DNA of 57,520 bases, counting the filler, from Circinaria calcarea (lineage: Eukaryota): assembly GCA_051942165.1 (NCBI GenBank). It is 5 parts of 5 records of this genome, joined end to end, with 100 filler letters (N's around TTAATTAATTAA, not from the genome) between each part and the next. Parts side by side here need not be neighbours in the genome. Positions count along the whole stretch, not along the records: positions 1 to 11,450 come from JAVECS010000683.1; 4 more parts are not named here. One strand, given 5' to 3'. A program made the translations under genes and the position numbers. Position 1 is the first letter of the stretch. The number at the start of each line of letters is the position of its first letter. Under the pieces are notes generated by a model. The model was not told the origin of the DNA. It did no database searches and worked only from the letters and a program-made list of their open reading frames with translations. Positions 1 through 11,550 of the stretch are shown one piece after another.

Positions 1-712
1 ATGATAAAGAGCTGGAAGCTATGGAGTGCGTGTGCCATCCAAGTTCCTTTTTCTATCTTCCTTCTATCTTCTGCCTCTCTCCCTCTCTCTCCATGGAAAC
101 ATCCGCGACATGGCATCCATCCATCATTCTAGCATTACAAAGTACATACAAGTCAAGCCCGATTCGCTTCTTGCAAATATCCATATCCGAACGCTCTCCG
201 GGATCGAAAATCTACCATAACCAGGCCCCCCACTACCCCTTCCCTCTTTTTGATTATTGATGCGAAATGTTGTGAATGTGAAATGTTGTAAGACTCCCGG
301 CCGGGAAAACCAGGGGGGGGAGAGAGTGTGTGTACATGTGCATGCAGGGCTCCGCAAACCTTAGGGAACAAGGTAAGGTACGCATAGTCTGCTGTGTCTA
401 AGCGCTGTGCGAGAGAATTTATTCTAGAGCAGGTGGGGGGGGGGGGGGAAGTGAGAGCCTCTGATGAAGCGTATGCCAGGAGTAGAGAAGTGGCAAACGG
501 GAGCTCGCTCCCGAGACAGAACACGCTCCCGTACATGCATTTGTTTGCCCGAGACCATGAGAATCAGTACTGACAGTAAAGACCCTCCAAAGGTTCAAGA
601 CACCATTTATTCGTCATATATCCTTCTCCTTACTCCACACGTTACGCGTATATATGCCACTCATTAACTCTGCGATTTCTTACGGTTTTTGCTCCTTATG
701 CCCGTATCAACA

Positions 713-2317
713 ATGTCGAGTGATAGTAACTCTATTCCTGCTTCTGGGGGAAGAGGATGGGGGCGGCAGAGTCATTCGAGGTTTCAATCTGTGAAAAGGG
801 GATTTGGCCGTGGCGGTGTAAACATCCCTACGCAGAGGTCTGATCCAACAAGTCAGTGGGACACCCAGGCAGAGGTTATAACCGAAATCACCGTCGAAAG
901 CCTGTCGCCAACTCAAATACCTACGACGATTAGCGATGCTGAGTACCTAGCTTCCTACAACTGGCTCGACCAGAAGAGCCCGACCATCTTAGTTCCAGGT
1001 TGGTCTCAAGGGGTTGGACGTGCAGTCTTCTTACTAACGGTTCCAGGTGCTCCACCAGTATGGGCACCGCCCGCTGAACCCAGAAGGTTTAGTGAAGATA
1101 GTGCCGACGTCTTTAGAGATCCAAATGCTGCACGATACCCAAAGTACCCTTCTGAGCCCGCTATGAGGGCCGTTATCACGATGCACCCTCAATTCCAAAC
1201 CGACCCGATTGACGTGGTGTGCTGTGGAAATACCGTGGGAAATTTACTTTGCTTCGCCAAGTCCGCCGAGAGGAGCTTTAGATTCGACGTCGAGTGCATC
1301 GGCAACTCCGTGTTCTTTGTCCGCAAGGAGAACTTCCCTACGGAGCTCATCCCAGATGTCTATGGCTATGGTCATACCTTTCCAGAGGCGTACACGCATT
1401 GGGAGGCAGATGTGAAAGGATCTGTTTCGCATCAGCGGATCGTCAGATATATGTTTGGTGGATTATGTTGTCTCGTCCGATTCGAAAGCGATGGATATCT
1501 TCGTGAGCAACTGGTTGGGAACGATGCGGCTCTTGCGAAAACCGACAGTGATACATCAACGGCTGACTACAGAAGCCAAATATCCTCGCTATCAGAAGTA
1601 GCCCATTCAGTATCCGTTACTCAGAAAGTTCCAAGCGCCAATGATTGCCTGAACGTAGAGCTCGGTGGTCGGATCATCCCCCAGGAAGTGGTCTTTGACC
1701 TCAAGACTCGTTCGGTAAGGAGAGAAATCGATATGAGAGAGATCCTGCCACGACTCTGGGTTAGCCAAACGCCAAATTTCATCATTGGATATCACAAGTT
1801 TGGATACTTTGAAGACATTCGAGTTCAATATGTGCGTGAGGAGGTCCATGGCTGGGAGAAAGGACACGAAGAAGTGCTTGCCCGTCTTAATGCTGCTATG
1901 CGGCGCATCATAGAGATAGCCGGGACATCCGCTGGGCAAAGAGTCGAAGTTAGCCGAGTCGGAAGCGGACCGCTGCTGATTCGAAAGAATCTAGACAGTG
2001 AATGGCATGCCCTACCACCTGATCTCCGCAAGCGATGGGCTCTCGGGCAGGATTTGAAAGAGATCTTACCCGTACCAGCTGCTGCTTTATCGCTGGAGGA
2101 TGAGAGTACGTCAGATACTTCCTCTTCCGGAAGTCTCAAGCAGAGCGCAAAGAAGGATCATCCGCTTGAACCAACGCCTCAGCGCCTCTCCGTCTCGGCC
2201 CTGCAAGTCATCTCGAACATCGAGCCCACCTTCGTAGGCAGTCCACACCCACACCTCCGTCTTCGAGAAGCCACAGCTGAAACCTCAGCCACAACCAAAG
2301 GGATATCTATTCCGTAG
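713..2317 (+). CDS. RAI1/DXO-like (PD-(D/E)XK-type) protein of a fungal family often mislabelled 'geranylgeranyl pyrophosphate synthetase'
   Basis: Long ORF (alternative ATG at 698) with a 48-nt intron at 999-1046 (GTTGGT...TACTAAC...CAG). Motifs SYNW, DVVCCGNTVGNLL, GYGHTFPE, VRFESDGY, FDLKTRS and LWVSQTPNFIIGYH occur in Rai1/DXO order. No DDXXD prenyltransferase motifs. Confidence 0.7.
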   Translation: MSSDSNSIPASGGRGWGRQSHSRFQSVKRGFGRGGVNIPTQRSDPTSQWDTQAEVITEITVESLSPTQIPTTISDAEYLASYNWLDQKSPTILVPGWSQGVGRAVFLLTVPGAPPVWAPPAEPRRFSEDSADVFRDPNAARYPKYPSEPAMRAVITMHPQFQTDPIDVVCCGNTVGNLLCFAKSAERSFRFDVECIGNSVFFVRKENFPTELIPDVYGYGHTFPEAYTHWEADVKGSVSHQRIVRYMFGGLCCLVRFESDGYLREQLVGNDAALAKTDSDTSTADYRSQISSLSEVAHSVSVTQKVPSANDCLNVELGGRIIPQEVVFDLKTRSVRREIDMREILPRLWVSQTPNFIIGYHKFGYFEDIRVQYVREEVHGWEKGHEEVLARLNAAMRRIIEIAGTSAGQRVEVSRVGSGPLLIRKNLDSEWHALPPDLRKRWALGQDLKEILPVPAAALSLEDESTSDTSSSGSLKQSAKKDHPLEPTPQRLSVSALQVISNIEPTFVGSPHPHLRLREATAETSATTKGISIP

Positions 2318-5300
2318 GATCCGAGAGTCGCCAAGGGCTAGAGTGAGGACGAGAAGGGTTTCTAGTCACCCAAAGCCACTTTTGTGAGTACGAGTCGGAC
2401 CAAAGTTTGGAGGAGGTTGATACGGCTTGTTCGGCCGAGGATAGTAGGTCCTATAAGCGCCGTAGGTATCAGTACTCTCGTTTGAGGTAGCGATAGGTGC
2501 CTAAAGATTTCCCTCTTATCGTAATACGAATCCCAGTCTACCAGATGACATAGCCGACCGTCTACCCGCCCCCTTGAACATATGCGGGACTTTCCCATAC
2601 CCAACTCCCCTCCACCCAGTTGCTGAGTTGAATCACCCAAACCACAACGTCAACAAAAGCCAGCTCGGCACCAAGATGCTGGCTTTATTTAGTGCTCTGT
2701 TGGCTTACTGTTGCTAACTAGGCAGGTATGCTTCCTCTTGAGTTGTATTTAGCTTCGGAAGGATGCAAAGGAGATCTTACTACAATCAAGCTTCCAACCT
2801 TAGAAGGAAGCGAGTAAGATCTTAACTGCGCTCAGGGGTTGACCTCCGTCAAAAGGAAAAGACATTTTGGATTCATTGGCTGTCATCACCTTCCACACGT
2901 TGATGTCGCTTAGGCCTCCCCGGGCCATGATAGGGCAGTAGGGTTGTTGGAAAAGCACGTGTTTCGTGCACCCTAGTACATAGGTAGCCTGTCGGGACGT
3001 TCGGATGAAAATGCATGATTACTTGACACACATGCGGCTTACCAAGACACAACTAGCTCCGCAGAGGCTCCGGCAGACAAACCGTTAGCTTTGTTTACCT
3101 CGTGGCACTGCTGATTTTAGACCTCGACACGGTATTTTAAAACAGTCATGACACTAGGCCCCTCGAAGGATCTTCGGCACTAACATTTATTCCAACGCCG
3201 GTCAGCGTTCGTAGGCTATCGACAAGGACTGCCTAGGTAATTAGTAGCTAGGCTAGAGCTCAGGTCATGTGCTTGGGTACCCCCAATTTAGGGCTTCACC
3301 CTTACGGATGTGATGAACTGCAAATAGAACAAACACCTGTTACCGGATAGTAGTAACATAAGGGCCTCTAGGGACACGTGGGTCGAAGACAATGCGCTTG
3401 TAAAAGAGAAGCCGGTTGCATTACGAGAATAATCTCACACTGCTTTCGCGCTAGGCGTGCGAGTTCTTCTTTGGCCGAGTACGAGAGATCTGGAACCGCC
3501 GTAAACTGAGGCATTTCGGAGAAGGAGAGCCCCCCTAGTAACACGAAGCCTCTCATTATGGAATATGCACCCTGAACTGGTGATATGACTGACCAATTCA
3601 GGCCGCCCGGTTTGTTGATCATGAACCAAAGCTGCAGGCAGTAGGTCATCCATGCACTCGGCTGCCTTGACGCGCAGCCTTAGTAGCTTTGCCATGAAGC
3701 CCTGAGACTGATCCTTGTGATACATTCTCCGAGGTGTCGAGACCAAGGGTAGTGAAGTCGAATAGCGGTCCGAGCCAAGGGTCTCTGGTAGCGTTCGTAG
3801 AGCATCACCTTCCATGCCGACGACCAAGGTGGCGTCCCGAGAATAAGCTTGGTAATAGGGAGCACATGCCAACGCCTCACGGAATGCGGGTGGTTGGGAA
3901 ACAACTCGAGTGGAAGATGTGACAGCCTTGTCAGCGATCTCACATCAGATCCATCCTCCAGGAAGAAATCTCGTCGTGCCTGCCAAGGGCAGCGTATGGG
4001 TCGAATGTGGCATACCTCTCTGTACTGGCACCATAATGATCCCGCGCCTGAGATATCGGCCACCATCTCTCTCTTCCGGCTGACTGCCCTAGACCGTGAC
4101 CAGAAGCGCGACGCCCTTTGTCAGGGTGGAGGTATGTGTTGACACCAATCACTTGGTTAGAGCGATTTACTCTGAGCCGCACAGTACGGAGTACCTACGC
4201 CTTTCGCTGCCCCACCAACACCCCCACTTGGTCTCGACGTCCGCAGTCCTTCCAGGCAACAGGCGAGCTGGGTGTCTGGGTGGAAAGACGGCGTAAAGGC
4301 CGCATTGTGTAAAGGTGTCGACTGCAATAATCCTATCCAATCGTCGTTTACTACTCCGGATCCATGATTGCCTGCTACAGAGTATGTGTGCTGCTGCTGT
4401 CTCGCGGTCGCCGCTACTCATCCTTACTGCTCTCGCATCCGTCGACCGACATAATCTTCCGAAAGGGCAGGCGTGCCGAACCCGAAGAGACCATCGTATC
4501 CTATGGCCTTCTACTATGTAATGATTTACGGACCTTTCGCTTTTGGGATTCGAGTGATTGGGCAGAAAAGCGGATAAGCTTATTCTACATCATTCTAACA
4601 TTAGAATATTAGTACTTCGATTCGTGCCGTCGAAGCCACCTAAAAGTGCACAGACGGGAAGATGAGATACAAAATACTTCCAACGTCCGAAGTCCGGTGA
4701 ACACAACCCCGCCTTTGCACCTCCACTCCAGAGTTCGTAGAAGAATAGCCGGGGAATGATGGCGTGTTCATGTAGTGCGCCGCCTTTGGCTGGACTAGCG
4801 AGACGATCAGAAGCAGGGCGTACACGAGCTGTTCAAGGATAGCAACAAGCTGGTCGCACACACCTGATCAATTACTTGACTTGGCAACATCATCCTATCA
4901 TTTCCAACGAGGCTGAGAATCTAGAGACATCCACGGACGCTCTATTCTAGAGGACGACACCGCAGTAAGCCAGTGAAGCCATCATCCTCTCTTTTCCGAG
5001 TCACCCTGCACTTGAAAACGCCACACGCGCTGTGTGCGTGATCACTTTCCCCGATTATGCACTTCACGCGCAATATCACTAACTGCACCTATCTGCTTCG
5101 AGAAGTGGAACTGGTAAGACTCGGATTTGGCGGAGGGATTCCGCTTGTTAATGGCATTTGTTTCTGAAGGTTGCATGAAGAGATCTGCTCACTGATTTCT
5201 ATGGCCGATTTCTTATCAAGATCCTGTTTCAGTGCCACTGAACTGTCTAGCCTTCTCAAGTCCTGTCCTCGAGTCTGCTTCTCGTCTACTGTGCTTTCGA

Positions 5301-8125
5301 ACGTTGCGGTTCTCGACCAAAAAGGCCGCCTGTAAGGTGTGGAACGGTAAATTGAAGCTTGTCTACCGCTGTCAGGACTTTCAAGTCTCACAAGCTACTA
5401 AGCTGACATTCCGTACACCTCGGCAGGAGCGTCATGTGTGCAGGTACCCGTCGTATGTTGTCGTTTACAGCACAGTACCCGCAAACGTCCCTAGCGGCTA
5501 CGCAAGCCTAGATAATTTCAAGAAACCTACCAATGACTGACGTACGTGTCCTAGACGCTATCTTAGACGGCAGATTCGATGCTCTCGATCGACACCCATT
5601 AGCAAAGATCCGACACCTCTATGGGTTCAGAAACCCCATTGTACTCAAGATCACACAGCCTCATTCGCGCTTGGGCCATGTGAGCTAGAATCGAAGCCTG
5701 CTGCAACTGGCATGGTCTCTAAGCTCAATCTTTCATCTTTGGCGGATGGGGGCCACTGGAATCTCCGTGCCTAGTCCATTCTACCAAGCGTGAAAATAAT
5801 GGTTCCTATTACCAAAGTCTCCTTCAGCGCGCCAGTGCCATTAGGAGCCCCGAGGCTTCTATTGCCGCGGTCAGGCTGACCTTTGTTGCAGTGAAGATTA
5901 CCATGTGGATGCTATCATCGAATATGCAAGGTGACAGTGGCTTTGTCAATATTGGCTCCCAAGCAGCTGGGTCGGCCTTTATTATTCACACTAGGAATAC
6001 ATCTGTCGTAGGGCAGGCTGGCATGGCTTTCTACATGGTCATCTAGGCCAAGAGAAATGTTGAGGTTGGCGGAGTGGAATATGCAGTAACGCTGCAGCTT
6101 GGGTTCTGTGATCTCAGGATCCATGGGGTCTCAAATACAGTTTTCTTGCTGGTAGCCAATCGACTGGCTTCTAATCCGTTAGCGTTCTTTTCGGAGATTC
6201 TCGTGGAGAATAGGTATGCAGAGAAGTACAGCAAAGCGTCTGCGGATGTACATACAGTAGCTACTGCTCAAATGGCCACGGGACCAAGGCTTAAGCACAT
6301 GTTTGCGCCAATCCGGTCTATTTGGTACCTTACCGCTTGGTAATGGGACATCCACCACATTCCAAGCAGGACTTGACCGAAGAATACCCTTCCACCACCG
6401 TTATGGTGTATCTTCATGATTCATGTTCGACTGAGTGTCCTCGCGTCAGCGGATGCAGCGCCAATCAGAACGGGGCTAGCTCCCCTGCAGATGCGCTTAA
6501 GCTATGTGTACCTACGACGAGAAAGCATCCAATGGATGCATTAGGGCATCATCGACTGCAACATGCTACATGCACATGGGGGCAGCTGGGTACGGAGTAG
6601 GTACATGTGGTTAGTGTATCCCCAGTATACCCTGGTTTGCGATCAACTGCACAGCCTATCAGCGCGGCAGGCGACATGCACTATCGGATCCAATGGAACG
6701 ACGGAACGTCTCTGAGTTGCATTTTGTTGGCCGACGTGTAGGTACGTACCCTGTCCACGGCTTTCTCATCCATCCCGTTGTACTTGGAAACGGCTCAGGT
6801 AAGGCGTGGAGAAAGAAAGTTCTCGGCTTGACCAAAGAATGCGACTGTGGGTTGAAAATTGATACGACGGGCTGTACTGCTGCGCTAGTGTAGGCGGCGG
6901 CAGGGGGTCATTCACCGTATTTTATTTTTTCGTCAAGTAAAGGCGAGGGCCAGGGAGGCCGGGTGGGTTACTCACCTCATGGCCGGCGACCGGTCCAGCC
7001 GTGAGTGGTGAGTTTGTGGAGGGAGAGCCGTATTCCGTAAGACGGTCAGATCTGTCGCCCTGGGATTGGATCTTTTGACCAGGTCTCGTGGCCGGCCATA
7101 CTGAACGCCCAAGGACCACCCAAGCTATCGTCCTCTGCTGCTCTCCGGGGTCGTCGTTCTAACGGGATGCGATATAGGTCCTCGCTTCTTTCTCAGCATC
7201 CTGCTTAGCTCCTGCTCCCTGGCGCCAAGCGTCGGTATTTTTAGCTGCCCGATCCCTTGTCGATGGGAAGAGACCTCACCTCTACCTTACCTTAGGTACT
7301 CTGTACAGTCCCACCTCAACAGACTCTGCCCGCAGGCCACATGATGGTCGGTATCCTCCTCGCTCCGCTCACGCACGTCTCTGGTGGGTTGGGTCTGCTT
7401 TCCGAAGGCGGGAACTATAGCCCCTAGTGAGGTGATCCCCGCAAACGTGTGCTTTTTGCCTGACGGTTGACCCGCGCCATTGGAAAAGGTCGGTGTATGA
7501 GCCTCACCGGGACACCCGGCCGCTTCGCATTCCAACCCTCAGTGTAAGGAGCACAGCAGCTACCTACTGTCGTCTCCAGCGCTCGCCATGCTCTGATTCA
7601 CGCCCCCGGCAGCGCCCTAATCTCTTTGCAGCATCCCGTCGACAAGATTTGCCCGGATCACCAGGCCCACCCTGGCCACAGTGGGATTGGCCTCGCAGCA
7701 CCGTAAGCCGCGGGGCTGCATCATGAGATGGAGCAATGTGTACTCTTTTTTCACCAGCACCGTTCCTGCTCCTACGGTCGCTCAGCCAGCTGGCCGCCCT
7801 CTTTCGTCCGGTTTAGCGTTACCCGTATTGATGTCCATCTTACTGCTCCGGTCTGGACCACCTTGGCCTGGAATACGAGCGAGCTTTAGCAAGATGACCA
7901 GACGGTGTGTACAGCATGACATCTTATTGGTGTCTATCATGTCGAGCTCCTTCGTCCGGATCCCCCAACGCAGTATATAAGCAGCAGCTTGTATCCTACC
8001 ATCTTCCTTCCTCACCAATCGTCCCTCGCTCCTTGACCTCTCGTCCCCAATCGTTTACCCAGAAGCTTATGAGCTTCAATTGTGCCCCTAATTCCTTCCT
8101 CGCTCGTTGATAGCCGCCTGTCACA

Positions 8126-10627
8126 ATGGCGGTTCAGGCACTCTCCCAGGCTGCCCTCCCGCTGTTGCTACTACTATCGTCGGTACGTACAACTCAACCC
8201 CTTCAGATCAGAGCCTACCTGCTGACATGTGACAGCTCACTTTTTTGGATGCTGCCTCCATCAGCAAACGCGCAATTCCTGCCGGCTGGGCATATCAAGG
8301 ATGCTTCGTTGACAATGTGAATGGTCGCATCCTGGGCAATACTCAACCTGCCAGCCAAACGCTCACTCACGAATCTTGCATTGCAGCTTGCATAAGAGCC
8401 GGCTTTAGGGGTGCAGGAATGGAATACGCCAACGAGTGCTTCTGCGGCAATTCCATTATCAATGGAGGAAAGCTTGCTGCGGCCGATACCGAGTGCAGTA
8501 TGAATTGTGCCGGAAATGCACAGCAGAAGTGTGGCGCAGGAAACAGGATGAGTATCTTTTCAACCGGAGGACCTCTTCCATTGGGGTCCACCGCGCCCCC
8601 CCCGCCGTCATCCAACGCTCAGACGACTGGACTACCCGGCTCATGGACGTACCAGGGATGTCTTACGTAAGTCAAAGTCCATCAAATACCCCATCCTGAA
8701 CCTATTTCGGTATTGACGAAACGACAACAGGGAGGGCACCAACAACGGAAGAACGTTTCCAAACCAGCTTATCCTTGACTCGACCAACAGCGCGACGAAC
8801 TGCCTTAGCCAATGTTCAAAGTACGGGTACGGCGCTGGCGGAATGGAGTACGGCCGCGAATGCTGTCCGTATGCTCTGGCTGATCACTCTCGCATCTGCT
8901 GACATCGCAATATAGATTGCGGAGACGTTACGGACATTGCAGCAGCCGGGGCTACAATCAGGCCTGAAAGCGAGTGCGCTACCACTTGCTCTGGAGACCC
9001 TAACTACGTTTGCGGTGGTGGCAATAGGCTTAGTTATTACACCTGGACCGGCGCATCATTGACGAACTGGGCCAAACCAACCGGGAACGCCGCAGGTAGT
9101 TATAATTATTTGATCGGTGGCGTCGTCATACCTCTCATGGCCCAACATGGCGTCAACGGCAAGATCACTTTCGTTGAAAAGTATGGCACCGGGCCTCCTA
9201 ACTCCACTGGTTCGTACGAATTGGATGTTACTCAGGTAAACAACCTCGCCAGAGCTTGGCGCCCGCTGCACGTCAAAACCGACGTATTCTGCTCGGCAGG
9301 GCTGATCCTCCCGGACAAGGTTGGAAGACAGATTAACGTTGGCGGATGGTCTGGCGACTCGACTTTCGGTGTCAGACTGTACTGGCCCGATGGATCCCCT
9401 GGCGTTCCGGGCGTACGAGACTGGCAAGAGAACAAGAATGAAGTCGCGCTCCAAGCTGGACGGTGGTACCCAAGTGCTATGATCATGTCAAACGGATCGA
9501 TTTTGGTCGTCGGAGGAGAAAATGGGTCCAACGGGGCGCCTGTTCCCTCGATCGAAGTTCTCCCGAAACCGGCTGGCGGCAGCACGCTCCTTACCCAGGA
9601 CTGGCTACTACGCACGGATCCTTACAATCTCTATCCGTTCCTAGCTGTCATGCCCTCGGGTGGTATCTTTGTTCAATATTACAACGAGGCGAGGATTCTA
9701 GACCCGGTCACCTTTGCAACCATCAAATTACTCCCGAACGTTCCCGGATCTGTCATCTATCCTACCGCAAGCGGACGTACATATCCGTTCCAAGGGACGG
9801 CGGTCTTGTTTCCCCAACGTCCGCCCTATGCGAGTGCAGACTTTACGGTCCTTATCTGTGGTGGATCCAACCCAGGACCGGCGATTGCGCTTGATAACTG
9901 CGTGACCATTCAACCCGACACGGCCAATCCGCAGTGGGTGATTGAGCGCATGCCCTCGCGGCGTGTTATGCCGTGCATCAGCGCACTTCCGGACGGCACC
10001 TATCTTATCCTCAACGGCGCCAAGCAAGGTACTGCCGGCTTCGGTCTTGCCACGCAGCCCAACCTTAACGCTATCCTCTATGACCCCAGTAAGCCAGTCA
10101 ACTCGCGCTATTCTATCCTGGCGAACACGATCGTCAGTCGACTCTACCATTCCGAGTCGATCCTCCTCCCAGATGGGCGTGTCCTCGTTTCTGGCTCGGA
10201 CCCGCAGGATGGCGTCAATCCCCAAGAATACCGTGTCGAGACTTTCTCCCCTCCGTACTTGTTGTCTGGTGCTGCAAGGCCGTCTTTCACAATCACGAAC
10301 AAAGACTGGTCATACGGCCAGAATGTCGCGATTACCATTACAGCGGGTAACGCTGCCAACATTAGGGTTTCACTCTTGGGCGCCGAATCTAGCACTCACG
10401 GGAACAGCATGGGCCAAAGGACAATTTTCCCGGCCGTCTCCTGCGCCGGAAATACATGTACCATCACGGCGCCACCGAACAACAGGGTCTGCCCGCCAGG
10501 CTGGTTCCAAGTGTTCGTTCTCGATGGTGGCACTCCCTCGGTCTCGACCTGGGTTCGGATTGGCGGAGACCCCGCGAAACTTGGGAACTGGCCCAACACC
10601 CCCACCTTCAGCCTTCCCGGCCTTTGA
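8126..10627 (+). CDS. Secreted WSC-domain copper radical oxidase (glyoxal oxidase-like, CAZy AA5_1)
   Basis: Signal peptide MAVQALSQAALPLLLLLSS. Introns at 8183-8235, 8667-8730 and 8865-8915. Two Cys-rich WSC domains (W.YQGC...GMEY..EC.CG). Catalytic motifs FCSAG, RWYPS, RLYHSES and STHGNSM. Confidence 0.93.
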
Positions 10628-11215
10628 GCAATCACGTTGTAACTGGAATATTTTACAGTGTGCGCACGTCCCGGGGTTTTATCATGGGAGGAGGATCTGG
10701 TTTCCCTTGGGAGTTGCCGCGGGACCGAAACATCTCTTACATTTGCGTTCTCACGATGGTCAAGATTTGAAACTAATAATATTTAATCACTATATTAGCT
10801 AATGTTTACCTCCTTTTGATATTAGTGCAGGATTTCTCTACTATCAGCACGGCCAGGGATTCATCAGTGGTTAATCAAAGTGATTAGAGGATTAGAAGGA
10901 TATATACAATAAGACAATCAGATGGGAACCTTTCCAACAAAAATAAAAATATTAAACTTCTATTCGCATTTTTGGGATTTTTGCATCATGTGACCGTTAC
11001 GAAAATTCTTTGATCATTCCCTACTTATTGTGATACCGTAGAAGCCAACAAAGATTCGAGCGACGAGACGAAACGAAACGAAACGAAACCGGGAAAAAAA
11101 GTCCCCTTTTCCCCCTCCTCGGTTTCTTTTCTCTCCCCCCGGGATTTCATCCTTTGCAGAAATCACAAAAACCAGGAACCCCGAAAAAAAAAGGAACCCC
11201 CTGATAAGGAGTGAG

Positions 11216-11340
11216 CTGACAGAAATCTGACATTTGCTGACGTGGTCTGACAGAAATCTGACGCCGAGGGGGAGGAAAAGGGGACGGTTGGATGTGAAAT
11301 GTGAAGTGTGAAATGTGAAGTGTGAAATGTGAAAATGTGA
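11216..11340. repeat. Direct repeat CTGACAGAAATCTGAC (11216-11231, 11247-11262) and a tandem (TGTGAAA/TGTGAAG)n array (~11293-11340)
   Basis: Read directly from the sequence. Confidence 0.8.
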
Positions 11341-11359
11341 TGCATGACGCCCCTTATCT

Positions 11360-11450
11360 ATCTCGCCTACTGACGTGGGGGGGGGGAACTACCCGTAAGC
11401 CGAATCCGCTAAAAATTTCCCTCCTCCCCCCCCACGTCAGTAGGCGAGAT
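11360..11450. repeat. Perfect 25-bp inverted repeat with a 41-bp spacer at the contig end
   Basis: ATCTCGCCTACTGACGTGGGGGGGG at 11360-11384 is the exact reverse complement of 11426-11450. Confidence 0.9.
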
Positions 11451-11550
11451 NNNNNNNNNNNNNNNNNNNNNNNNNNNNNNNNNNNNNNNNNNNNTTAATT
11501 AATTAANNNNNNNNNNNNNNNNNNNNNNNNNNNNNNNNNNNNNNNNNNNN
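11451..11550. other. Artificial contig linker N44-TTAATTAATTAA-N44
   Basis: 100-bp spacer with a palindromic six-frame stop sequence, identical to the other three linkers. Confidence 0.98.

Noticed and set aside
713..2317. GGPP synthase supplying the diterpene cluster
   Set aside because: It has no DDXXD motifs, its motifs fit RAI1/DXO, and it is on a different, unlinked contig.
9942..10802. 286-aa alternative-frame ORF over the oxidase
   Set aside because: It is a shadow ORF of a GC3-rich gene with Ser/Pro/Arg-rich, family-less sequence.
11216..11340. CRISPR-like repeat-spacer array
   Set aside because: Only two 16-bp copies plus simple tandem repeats, in a eukaryotic context with no cas genes.
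11495..11506. TTAATTAATTAA as a piggyBac TSD, PacI-related site or biological palindrome
   Set aside because: It is identical in all four N-gaps, so it is a synthetic six-frame stop linker.
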